From positions 1 through 50,811 of the IMG/VR virus record IMGVR_UViG_3300005326_000013: a stretch of DNA of 50,811 nt. One strand, written 5' to 3'. Below are positions 28,401 to 37,534 of the stretch, piece by piece; within the stretch, counting starts at the first letter, position 1, and every line of letters begins with the position of its first letter. The notes under the pieces are model-generated. The model made no database searches, was not told the DNA's origin, and saw nothing but the letters and a program-made list of their open reading frames with translations. A program made the position numbers and the translations under genes. The DNA is from a virus. Taxonomy: Duplodnaviria > Caudoviricetes.

Positions 28401-28828
28401 TCCAAAGTCCTCGGCAACCGCAGTTCAATGTCATGAAGTTTTTGAAATATTTTCTTGAGGGTCTCGGCCTGCTCCTTGCGGTCGCCCTTGAGTTCGTCTA
28501 AATGTTGCGCGAAGTACCGTTGGTTGATGAGCACGCCGTCGAGTCCCTTCTGGCAATCGGCAAACTGGTCCTTGCTTGCATACCGCAAATAGTCGTGCTC
28601 TTGGCCAGACCAAACTTTAATGCCTGTGATGATAAGGGGGATTACAATAACGGTGAGAGCAATAAGGACGGCTTTCTTAGAGATAAACCTGATGGCCCCG
28701 CCTTCGTCAAACAGTGTTTCCGTGTGATCCTTGATGTCTTCTTTTAGCAGGGCGTTGTAATGTTCGATCTTGCCATTGATCCGCTCTTCGCATTGAGGAT
28801 TGGGGCATTCTACCATTTGCTTACCCAT
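28397..28828 (-). CDS. single-TM coiled-coil membrane protein (holin/lysis-associated candidate)
   Basis: TM AVLIALTVIVIPLIITGI; immediately upstream of the hydrolase. Confidence 0.55.
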   Translation of the reverse strand: MGKQMVECPNPQCEERINGKIEHYNALLKEDIKDHTETLFDEGGAIRFISKKAVLIALTVIVIPLIITGIKVWSGQEHDYLRYASKDQFADCQKGLDGVLINQRYFAQHLDELKGDRKEQAETLKKIFQKLHDIELRLPRTLE

Positions 28829-28860
28829 CTTTTGACTCGATGGAGCTAGGTTTTTAGATA

Positions 28861-28970
28861 TGGCGCGTAGTAGGACTCGAACCTACATCCCGTGCATTCA
28901 GCCACGGACCTGCCCGATATGGAGGTTTTTCACCGGATACACTCACGGGTCCCCTTAGACGATACGCGCC
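28861..28970 (-). ncRNA. tRNA-like RNA with expanded anticodon arm
   Basis: GGCGCGTA/TACGCGCC acceptor, GTCT-AAGG-GGAC D arm, CCGTG/CACGG stem and canonical GTAGG-TTCGAGT-CCTAC T arm. Confidence 0.6.
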
Positions 28971-29298
28971 TTTTGGTGGTGCCGTTTCTCACTTCCTCCT
29001 GGGCGCCAGGGTTGGTACAGCGTGCCCCTCTGTGCAAGCCCTCCGGTTCCATGGCCCGGACTCGGTAGCATTTCAGGCAGTCATCCACTGTCGCACCATA
29101 GTTATACATATTTTTTAACAGCTGATTTACTCTTTTTCTTCTTTCATTTATCGTTTGGAACGACACTGGTTTTGTTCTGCACCATACGCAGTCCTCTGGC
29201 AGTTTCAGGCCGCTTCTGTTATACATTCCACACTTAGGGCATGTCTGCTCTCTGCCGAACTGTGTGTGTAAAATATCATCCACTGTCGCACCCCTCAC
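28930..29298 (-). CDS. hypothetical Zn-finger protein with internal 17-bp direct repeat
   Basis: GATVDD occurs twice; CPKC/CVWC. Confidence 0.4.
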   Translation of the reverse strand: MRGATVDDILHTQFGREQTCPKCGMYNRSGLKLPEDCVWCRTKPVSFQTINERRKRVNQLLKNMYNYGATVDDCLKCYRVRAMEPEGLHRGARCTNPGAQEEVRNGTTKRRVSSKGTRECIR

Positions 29299-29351
29299 TG
29301 GAACCGCCCCGTAGGGCGGTTCCGTAACTCCTTGCGCTCATGGCGCATGAG

Positions 29352-30011
29352 CTAACCATAGAACCCGACACTAGGCTTCTTTGTGTTCACCTGCCGGGTC
29401 CAGTCCACATCCATGATGCTCCTGTACCCAATCCACACGCCTTCGTTGTACACGGCTTCCAACTTTATAGCTTGTACAAGAAATCCAGTGTCGCTGGTGA
29501 ATGCCTTCGGGTTCCCTTTGTATTTGTCTTGAGCGAGCTTCTCCATGGCATCGGCAGTTGCCAGTTCCAGTTTTTCGGCGTCGTCCATGAGGTAGTCGTT
29601 CAGATTCAGATCCCCTATCATCCAGCCGAACCGGAACAGGGCAAACGTGCCCATATCACCATGCCGGGCATTCCACCCTTCCATAAAAAAATCCTTGACC
29701 AGTTTTTCATCACCGTCTTTTAGGTGAAGAACGTGATCTTCGACTACCAGCATGTGACCGGCGTTCCCCCACATCATCATGCCGCCGTTGGTCCTTACCC
29801 GCTCAATAACAGCATTGCAATAGCGGTCCACGTTGTACGCTTGGTATACCTCAGAGTCCGGCGCCGGGTATGGGCCTGGATCATGGGCTTTCCACTTCAT
29901 GACCGCCTGTTCACCTGCCGGCCCCGTATATTCGAACCACGGATACCTTGCCGTCCATGCCTGGGCAAGCCTCTGTTCCGCCCTGCTGGCTTGCGTCTCA
30001 TCGTAACCCAT
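29352..30011 (-). CDS. hypothetical protein
   Basis: 219-aa ORF with RBS. Confidence 0.7.
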   Translation of the reverse strand: MGYDETQASRAEQRLAQAWTARYPWFEYTGPAGEQAVMKWKAHDPGPYPAPDSEVYQAYNVDRYCNAVIERVRTNGGMMMWGNAGHMLVVEDHVLHLKDGDEKLVKDFFMEGWNARHGDMGTFALFRFGWMIGDLNLNDYLMDDAEKLELATADAMEKLAQDKYKGNPKAFTSDTGFLVQAIKLEAVYNEGVWIGYRSIMDVDWTRQVNTKKPSVGFYG

Positions 30012-30235
30012 TGTTACCCCCTATCGAATTAGAATTTGAGTTTTATGTCGATTCAATGGAAAATGTAAACCTCCGCCTGGGCTTGCCGTTATCTCTCCTG
30101 GAATGATGTCATCCCCAACAAGGTTGAACAGCCGCCAGAACTCGGCCAAGACGTCTGATCTGATGGGCATACCACCGTCTTCCTCGTTCTCTTTTTGGAG
30201 GTAGTCCAGCCGTGCCTGGATGTCTTCCCGTAGGC

Positions 30236-30571
30236 TCACTGGATCACCTTGATATCCATTGGCACATCTACAAACATGTGCCCGAACCAGCCTGTAATCG
30301 GCTCGCCCGTGGCCTTGTCCACAAAGCACCAGCCATCACCCGGGATGAACACCTGGCACTCCCGGTGGATAGTCCCGCGCATAACCCTCGGCGTGAACTC
30401 CCACACAGGGCCGGACACAAGCCGGGTCTGGTAGCCGTTTGCTTTGGCCTGGGCGCAGACGTCCTGGCTCTCTTCCACGCATGTGTAGTTGGGGTCCCAG
30501 GGCATGATGCCGGTGCCAGCACATGAGGCACAGAGCAGGCATCCCACGATTACAACAATCAGCTTTTTCAT
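30236..30571 (-). CDS. putative lipoprotein, possibly transglutaminase/Cys-protease-like
   Basis: MKKLIVVIVGCLLCASC lipobox; C(VEES)...H(REC)...VD arrangement. Confidence 0.5.
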   Translation of the reverse strand: MKKLIVVIVGCLLCASCAGTGIMPWDPNYTCVEESQDVCAQAKANGYQTRLVSGPVWEFTPRVMRGTIHRECQVFIPGDGWCFVDKATGEPITGWFGHMFVDVPMDIKVIQ

Positions 30572-30572
30572 T

Positions 30573-30857
30573 TTAGTTCACCTCCGGCTCTGTAATTGCG
30601 CTTATTTCCGTGTTGCTTATCCTCTGGATCTCGCTCGCCTCATAGCCTTTAACGATGGTCTTGATATAGCGCACCAGTTCCCGCTTGAGGCAGTTCTTTG
30701 GGCTCAAGGCGTCACAGTTGAGTCCGCCAGCGATTGCCGTGCTCACACGGGCGACGTCCTTGTCAGGGATGGTGATCGAGATCGTCACGTCTGCCGCTAG
30801 GGCTGGGGCAGCGAACATCAAGCTGATTACCAGTATTGCAAAAATGGCCTTCTTCAT
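30573..30857 (-). CDS. small secreted protein, candidate fibre partner
   Basis: MKKAIFAILVISLMFAAPALA signal peptide. Confidence 0.7.
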   Translation of the reverse strand: MKKAIFAILVISLMFAAPALAADVTISITIPDKDVARVSTAIAGGLNCDALSPKNCLKRELVRYIKTIVKGYEASEIQRISNTEISAITEPEVN

Positions 30858-30871
30858 GGCTCTATCCTCCG

Positions 30872-32524
30872 TTAATACCGTTCGGTTGTGATGTAAAACG
30901 TTGTGCTCCCCGTGGTCAGGGCTGATGTGTTGCCGTCTGTCGTGTCGATGGTGGCGTATATCGCAGTCGTGCCCGTCCAGCTTGGCAAATACCCGCCCTG
31001 GATCTGGGCCGCTCTGGTCATGGAAGTTCCCATGTCGGCGTCGGCAAGACCCTTTGTGACAGCCGCCGTCTTCACGTCGTGAGCTGCTAGTATTTCAGCC
31101 CCGCCCTCTGCTGTTACCCCTACTTCAAGGGTTGCCGCTGATACCGTCCCGCCAGTGTAGGCCGCAGTCGTGTCAGAGTAGAATCCGACAATTTTGGTCT
31201 TGGCCGGGAGGGTAGCGATCACGATCCCTTTGGTGGTGTCGGAGTCAGTGTAGGCCGCAAAGGTGGTTGTAACTTGGTAGACTTGGCGATTAACCTTGCC
31301 AGTATGATTGACTGTGATCCCTGTGCCTGACCCTTCCGTGATGTTGGCAGTTGAGGTGCTAAGGTTTCCGGTTACTGAAGCATCCCCCCCGCTCGGCGTC
31401 ACGGTCAGGTCGCCCGTAGCAGGCACGGCAAAGTCCACGTAGTTGGAGGCGCTTCCGTTGCTGTCGTCATACGTCAGGCGGAGGTTGGCACCAGTGGCGG
31501 AGTTGATTTCGACGGCTTTGTCGGGGGAGGTTGTGCCGATGCCAAGGAGGCCAGTGTTTAAAAGTTTTAAAGCACTGCCAAACGTTACATGATTGGTAAT
31601 ATTTGGAATAGTAAATCCGCCTCCACCATGAAAAGTAGCGTAATCAGCAGAGTTTGATTCATCTCGTAAAACTAAGTTGTTCAGGCTTGAAGTGTATATA
31701 GACCAATCATTATTGTCGGTATCAGTTAGCAGTATTTTAGGGGTAGCACTTTTCAATTCCAGCGAGACAGTTGGTGTCGTTGTACCTATTCCAACATTGC
31801 CAGCAAAGGAAGCCGGGCTCTTCACCGTCAAATTCCCCTCAACCGTCACATCCCCCGTCGCGTCAGTCAGGGCCTTGTAGCTTATGGCGGAGATGGTAAA
31901 TCGGCTTGTGCTTGACGGCGTGATGATAAGTTTGCCCGTGGTGGCTGCCGTAATGTAGTCCGTGTACGTGGTAGCAGCGGCAAGGGTAGTGCCAGTTACC
32001 CCACCGAGCGTGTAAGTGGCCGTCCCCACTGACCACGCCGAAAGGGTGATGACGACCTTGTACGTAGTGCCTGCAACGATAGTAGTTGCCGCTGAAGGCG
32101 TCTGCGTGCCCGTGCCGTCAGCGTTCTTGATAAGGCCAGGGCCAACAATCGGCGACTCCCATCCCGCACCCACTGTCCAGTTGCCTTCCGTAAGGGCGGG
32201 GGCAAGCTCAGCGCCTAGTGTGGCGTTGACGGTGAGGTTCTTGCCTGCCGCAGTGGTGCCGACAGTGACAGACCCGGAAGATGCGACGTTCCCCCCACTC
32301 ACGCTCAGCGGGCTATCGGCAAAGCCAGCCCCGGCAGCGCTCATGTACGGCACGTTGCCGTCCGTAACGCCCGTGAGGTCGATGGTGACGAAGGTGGGGG
32401 AAGACCCGCTACTAAGATCTTGAGGCCCCCCGTGGATACCCTGGCCCCCTAGTTGAGCGTAGGTCAAGTGCGCCAAGCTCCAGAGTATGACGAATCCCAG
32501 GACAATCCCAATGTACTTTTTCAT
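30872..32524 (-). CDS. fibre/spike-like protein with N-terminal signal peptide
   Basis: Thr/Gly-rich beta repeats GNVGIGTTTP and GIGTTSP; MKKYIGIVLGFVILWSLAHLTYA leader. Confidence 0.7.
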   Translation of the reverse strand: MKKYIGIVLGFVILWSLAHLTYAQLGGQGIHGGPQDLSSGSSPTFVTIDLTGVTDGNVPYMSAAGAGFADSPLSVSGGNVASSGSVTVGTTAAGKNLTVNATLGAELAPALTEGNWTVGAGWESPIVGPGLIKNADGTGTQTPSAATTIVAGTTYKVVITLSAWSVGTATYTLGGVTGTTLAAATTYTDYITAATTGKLIITPSSTSRFTISAISYKALTDATGDVTVEGNLTVKSPASFAGNVGIGTTTPTVSLELKSATPKILLTDTDNNDWSIYTSSLNNLVLRDESNSADYATFHGGGGFTIPNITNHVTFGSALKLLNTGLLGIGTTSPDKAVEINSATGANLRLTYDDSNGSASNYVDFAVPATGDLTVTPSGGDASVTGNLSTSTANITEGSGTGITVNHTGKVNRQVYQVTTTFAAYTDSDTTKGIVIATLPAKTKIVGFYSDTTAAYTGGTVSAATLEVGVTAEGGAEILAAHDVKTAAVTKGLADADMGTSMTRAAQIQGGYLPSWTGTTAIYATIDTTDGNTSALTTGSTTFYITTERY

Positions 32525-32536
32525 TGTCGTTACTCC

Positions 32537-33844
32537 TTATTTTGATTCAAGAGCTTCTATCCGTTCAGCCAATTCTTGAACAGCCTTTGTCAAAAGTTGA
32601 AGCATGTTCCCAATATTTCTACCAGGTATGTCAACAATTACTTCGTCATAATCTTCTTTGAGTTTTTTTCTTGGATCTCCCACACCGTTCTTAACCATAT
32701 TCAAAACTATATCATCCCGTCTTTGGGGTGGTTTATCTGTGCCCTTTTCGCGCCACATCCGTTTTTTGCTGATATGCCTTATACCGTCAGGAAGCGTATC
32801 ATGGTCAACATCTGCCCATCCGTCGCCCCTATCACTATTCTCCAAAGCACGAATACCACATATCTTTGCCAAAGCATCGTTGCCTGTATAGACAGACGAA
32901 AACTCTATGTACGCATTGGCCCGAACTGTTTCAGCACAATCCAATGCTTCCGATGGAGTGCTATCCTGTATGCCCATCTCCCCATTATTACCGAAATAAA
33001 ACCTAGAATATCCTCCATCAGTTACTTCTATGTGACCCGTTCCGCCAATATCGAAGTTTATGTCATAATTGCTTTGGCTTATAGTCACATCTGCGACCAT
33101 TGTACCGCCAAACTGTATATTAGAACCCGAAAAAGTCAAACCGTTTGCCGGAGAACATGCGCTAGTCGAACCGCTTGCTATCTTTACAAGCCCGGAATAG
33201 GCCGATACATCAGCCTCTAATCCACCATATTCATGCTTCAATGAACCCGTGGTGATATTGGTTGCACTATTGGCCCCCAATGTAGCTCTTGCCGTTGCCG
33301 CGTCAGTATCGTCTAAAACCGTTTTGGCAAACGTGGTGCATGTGACGGCACTTGTAGCGCCACTCGCTATTTGCACAAGGCCGGAATATGCGGAAACGTC
33401 AGCTTCAAGACCCCCGCGCTCATGGACAAGAGTTCCACTGTTGATGTCCGTAGCCGCATGATTATGGGAAGAGGCCGCAAAAGAGGCCGCATGGCTACCG
33501 TCCACCGTATCCGCATTCAGGTTTGTGACAACCGTGGTTGAAGCCGTTACCAAGTGCCCGTTACTGTCAACACTGAAGACTTCTGCTGAATCGCTATCGT
33601 TCACCTGTAACGGCTTGGTTGACCCGTCATTTGTGGACGCCTTAATAATGACCTGGCCCGTACCCCCAGTCTGGTCAAAGATCACGTCCCCGGTGCCGGT
33701 CTGAGTGAACGTGCAGGCATAATCCCCCAGGGTAAACGCAAGCGTCTCCGTCAGCGTCCCGCCTAGCTTGTAGTACCCGTTCTCAAGCGTGAGCCCGTTC
33801 GTGGCGTCAGGAAGGTATCGGATGTCGTCAAGTTTTATGGACAT
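32537..33844 (-). CDS. tail fibre with C-terminal intramolecular chaperone (peptidase S74-like)
   Basis: NLNADTVDG, duplicated GGLEADVSAYSGLV block and LLTKAVQELAERIEALE end; likely start MSIKL at 33844. Confidence 0.75.
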   Translation of the reverse strand: MSIKLDDIRYLPDATNGLTLENGYYKLGGTLTETLAFTLGDYACTFTQTGTGDVIFDQTGGTGQVIIKASTNDGSTKPLQVNDSDSAEVFSVDSNGHLVTASTTVVTNLNADTVDGSHAASFAASSHNHAATDINSGTLVHERGGLEADVSAYSGLVQIASGATSAVTCTTFAKTVLDDTDAATARATLGANSATNITTGSLKHEYGGLEADVSAYSGLVKIASGSTSACSPANGLTFSGSNIQFGGTMVADVTISQSNYDINFDIGGTGHIEVTDGGYSRFYFGNNGEMGIQDSTPSEALDCAETVRANAYIEFSSVYTGNDALAKICGIRALENSDRGDGWADVDHDTLPDGIRHISKKRMWREKGTDKPPQRRDDIVLNMVKNGVGDPRKKLKEDYDEVIVDIPGRNIGNMLQLLTKAVQELAERIEALESK

Positions 33845-36465
33845 TATTGCATCTCGATGTATTTTTTTATCAGTTCTTTCATGTCGCCGTCTTGCCTGTG
33901 CCAAAAAGCCTGGGCATGAAGCATAGGGTCTTTTACCATCAATTCTTTTTGGGCTTGCCTGCGTTTTTGGCCGAAATACTCTTTCAGATATATCCGCTTA
34001 GCCTCTACTGGTAGCCTTTTATATCCTTCTGTCGCAAGCAAGACCGGGAGTTCTTTTTCAACTTCCTTTCCCATGAACATTGAAAGCATTCGGTCTGCTT
34101 TTGGTATGCCACTTTTGGGAATAATGTTGGTCCATTCAATTCCTACTTTGCCTATTTCCTGCTCAACTTCCGTCTTTGTCCTACGTGATAACCCGGTAAG
34201 CTGTCTGAAAGACCCGGACCCCATTTTGTAACTTCCTATTTCAACCGGCATTCCGCTTCTCATACGTTCTGATTTAACCGGAGATTGACTTTCGGGGACC
34301 ATCTGCGAAACCCGAGGAAGATTGAGAAGTGTAGGGGCTAAAAGTGGGTTCTCCTTATAGTCTCTATAAATGTTTTCTTCCGGGTCAAAGGCACTATAGA
34401 AATCTTTCACGCTTCTTCCTGGAACAGTAAAAGAGGCCGCATATTGCCCAACATAACTTTTAACTTGCTTTTCAAAGCTATCTGCGGAAGAAGCCCTCAA
34501 CCAGTCAAGCGCGACAAGGCCAGTTCCGGCTACACGATTTAAACCAACGAATGCTTGCGCGAAATCAGACGGCTTTAATCTTTCAGGATGCACAAATGCT
34601 TCGGCGAGGAACAGGTATGTTGAAAACGGGGCAAAGGCTCTCGTATCCCAAACGGTTGCTTCTCCGGTTTTGGGGTCGGTCCCTGTTTTGACTTCATACC
34701 ATCTTTCGCCTGCGTAATCAGACTGCCTTAAGTGCATGGCGGAATCCAACATCAATGACCCTATGGTTGCCCTTGACGCTGCCTTGGCAAATTCTTCTGG
34801 TTCGCCATTGGCAAGCGCTTTTAACGTGCTAGGCTTTACTGCGTTCAAATATCCCAACGGAGAATGATCTTTTAAAAAAGGGATAGCGTTGGCAAAGTTA
34901 AATCTTGGAAAAGGGTTGATTGTCGTTAAAAGAGGGAACCTAGTCCACATTTTTACAAACTCTTGCGCGGCCTTTGATTTAGGGGATGCGGCAAACGTCA
35001 TTTCAAGTGCGTAATTCGCTGATTCTGCAAAGTATTCTTCTGGAATTTGAGACGGCTCAACGGTTTCAAGTTTCTTTCCATCCCTTGAAAGCAACTGTCT
35101 CATTTTTGCTTCAAATCCAAGTCTCCTAAAATGCATTTCCTGGGTTCTGTTTAGTGTATTGACTATTTGGGAAACTTGAGATCCTAACGCTACTTCATGC
35201 ACCGGCTGGCTAAAAAGTCTCGCCTTTGACAATGCTCCGTTATCAGCGTCAAGAACTTTCATTATCAGTTCACGTTTTTCTGGTTTAAGCTGGTTGATCG
35301 CCGATACCACAACATTCAGCCCTTCCCCCGCCTGCCTAAGTGTATCCCCTTCGCCCCCGACCGTCCCTCTAATGACGCCCTGCAAAGATTCATCAAGGGC
35401 AGAAAGCGACACTCTACCATTTTGCGACCAGATATTTCTCATGGTCGTAGCCACTTGCCCCACAAGCATCGACCGTCTAAAGTTTTCAAGGCTTGCGTAG
35501 CCATCCAGCACTCGGTCAACCATCGTAACAGGTTGAGATTTAAAAGCCTCATCCAGTATTTTCAATGCTTCGGGGGAATCAGATAGGGCCTCCATGATTT
35601 CTTTCTTCGCCCTGCTATGGTATGCCAGCACGCGCCCACTACCAGAAACGGTTTGCTCATACATTTTGGCAAACTGGACAGGGGTTATATCGTGCTTTTT
35701 TAGAATCTCAGGTATGAATTTTACCTCTATTTCTCCTAATGCTAGTTTCTCTCCTATCTGTTTAAATATTCTTTGAGATGTATCAAAGTCGCCCTTCAGT
35801 GCCGACACCGAAGCGGTTGTTATGTCGTCAACAATCCCCTCTTTGACTTTGGGTTTTGTGATCGACTTTAGCGGCCCTTCTGTTTCGAGTGGCGGTGGGA
35901 CTGCGTTGTCTATGGCTTGGCGTATGGGTGATACTGCTTGTTTTGCTTCGGGGGGCAGTTTTATCCCGTCAAACCCTTCCATGTCTTTAATGAAAGACTT
36001 ATAGTTCTTGAGGCCAATTTCTTCAGCCGCCTTCAAACCAGACTGGCCTTTCATCATAACGCTTTTGATTGTCCCGCCTGGTGGAATGAAGTAAACGGCC
36101 TCTTCCCCTAGCTTGCCAATAAACTCTGCCGCTTTCTTGGGTATTCCAGCACCAACAGCAGCCTCTTCTATAGGCTCTCCAACCATGCCTTTAGCCACGG
36201 CAGCAATGGGCGAAAAGATATATTGCAAGCCTCCAATGGCAAGCCTTAACGGAGTCCTACCCCAACCTGGATCGGTAAACGCCTTGCCCATTGTGTCAAG
36301 CCCTTCCTTGCGTTCTTCCTCATAAACCTCAACAGCACGGCGAAAAGGCTTGAAGGCTTGAGATCCAATATCGGCCAAGGTATCGTTAAGAGTCTTGAGG
36401 GTATGGCTCTTTTCGGCGTCTTCTAATTGCCTTAGCTCAAGCTCTTCTTCTGGTGTAAGAGACAT
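33844..36465 (-). CDS. large internal virion/ejection protein
   Basis: 873-aa helical protein downstream of the pilot-like genes. Confidence 0.6.
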   Translation of the reverse strand: MSLTPEEELELRQLEDAEKSHTLKTLNDTLADIGSQAFKPFRRAVEVYEEERKEGLDTMGKAFTDPGWGRTPLRLAIGGLQYIFSPIAAVAKGMVGEPIEEAAVGAGIPKKAAEFIGKLGEEAVYFIPPGGTIKSVMMKGQSGLKAAEEIGLKNYKSFIKDMEGFDGIKLPPEAKQAVSPIRQAIDNAVPPPLETEGPLKSITKPKVKEGIVDDITTASVSALKGDFDTSQRIFKQIGEKLALGEIEVKFIPEILKKHDITPVQFAKMYEQTVSGSGRVLAYHSRAKKEIMEALSDSPEALKILDEAFKSQPVTMVDRVLDGYASLENFRRSMLVGQVATTMRNIWSQNGRVSLSALDESLQGVIRGTVGGEGDTLRQAGEGLNVVVSAINQLKPEKRELIMKVLDADNGALSKARLFSQPVHEVALGSQVSQIVNTLNRTQEMHFRRLGFEAKMRQLLSRDGKKLETVEPSQIPEEYFAESANYALEMTFAASPKSKAAQEFVKMWTRFPLLTTINPFPRFNFANAIPFLKDHSPLGYLNAVKPSTLKALANGEPEEFAKAASRATIGSLMLDSAMHLRQSDYAGERWYEVKTGTDPKTGEATVWDTRAFAPFSTYLFLAEAFVHPERLKPSDFAQAFVGLNRVAGTGLVALDWLRASSADSFEKQVKSYVGQYAASFTVPGRSVKDFYSAFDPEENIYRDYKENPLLAPTLLNLPRVSQMVPESQSPVKSERMRSGMPVEIGSYKMGSGSFRQLTGLSRRTKTEVEQEIGKVGIEWTNIIPKSGIPKADRMLSMFMGKEVEKELPVLLATEGYKRLPVEAKRIYLKEYFGQKRRQAQKELMVKDPMLHAQAFWHRQDGDMKELIKKYIEMQ

Positions 36466-37523
36466 TACCTACCCTTATTTCTGAGTTCATCCAAACGATT
36501 TGGGTTATATTCTGGCGCTCCGTTCCCTTCAAGGTCTTCCGGGTGAAATTTTCCAGTCAACGCCATCTGCGATAAAACTTCAAACAATGAGTCTTTAACC
36601 CGTTCTTTTTTGACAGCCGTTACAGCCGCAATAACCTTCTTGGCGTCTTCCGTTGAAAGTTCTCCTTCCAGGTCAACACCTACAGACTTTGCAATTATGC
36701 CTAATTCTGTCTTAGACTTTTCTTTCTGAGACTTGGGCGGTGTTTTAGTAAACCCACGTCGGTATCCTTCGGCAAGATACTTGTTCAATTCCTCTTCCGG
36801 CATATCCGGATTATACTGGTTTCTCCATTCCAGTTCGGCCTGTTCGTCTATGCCTTTGGGGATCTTGTCTCCAAATCCCTGCTTAACCATCGCGTTCTTC
36901 CAGGCCGCTATTGACTGAGGGTTGGCCGCATCACTGGGCATTTGTTTCATCAAATTTGCCAGCGCGGAAGATTTCGTTACTTCTTGGCTCAGTTTTTGCT
37001 GTCTGAGCTTTTGAATTTGTAATTCTTCTGGAGTCTTCGGCGTCCCTGGGGCTTGGGCTTCTTGTACTAATTCACCTTCCGTCCCTCTGCGAAACACAGA
37101 ATGCCCAGGAGGTAACACCTTTTGAGTCCATCCCATTTTTTCAGCTTCATTCGCAGCATCAAGCTCACCCATTTTTTTCTTAAACGATTCCATACCGGAA
37201 TCGGGCTTCGGAGCGCGAAGGTTCTCCGTTTGCGCCTTTACCAGGTCAGTATCGGCAAGCTCTTTGCCCATTTTGTTTTTAAACGTATACGCGGTAATGG
37301 CGTTCTTCAAAATCTCTTCCTTACCAAGCGTAGGGAACTTATCCGCAAGACCCTGGGCTATATTTTGCGGTTCCATTCCCTCCATGGCAAGTTTCCACGC
37401 TTCCATCTGCATATTTTCCATACGTGGCTTTTTGAACTGCTCCATAAGCCCCTGAAACACCTGATCCAGCATCTGCATCTGAGCCAGACGCGACGTATCC
37501 CCGCCCTGAAATCCTCTAGGCAT
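36465..37523 (-). CDS. internal virion/ejection protein (putative)
   Basis: K/E/Q-rich helical 352 aa; position. Confidence 0.55.
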   Translation of the reverse strand: MPRGFQGGDTSRLAQMQMLDQVFQGLMEQFKKPRMENMQMEAWKLAMEGMEPQNIAQGLADKFPTLGKEEILKNAITAYTFKNKMGKELADTDLVKAQTENLRAPKPDSGMESFKKKMGELDAANEAEKMGWTQKVLPPGHSVFRRGTEGELVQEAQAPGTPKTPEELQIQKLRQQKLSQEVTKSSALANLMKQMPSDAANPQSIAAWKNAMVKQGFGDKIPKGIDEQAELEWRNQYNPDMPEEELNKYLAEGYRRGFTKTPPKSQKEKSKTELGIIAKSVGVDLEGELSTEDAKKVIAAVTAVKKERVKDSLFEVLSQMALTGKFHPEDLEGNGAPEYNPNRLDELRNKGR

Positions 37524-37534
37524 TTGCTATTCTC

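Noticed and set aside
28861-28970. canonical tRNA or tmRNA call
   Set aside because: No 7-nt anticodon loop; too short for tmRNA, with no G3-U70 pair or tag ORF
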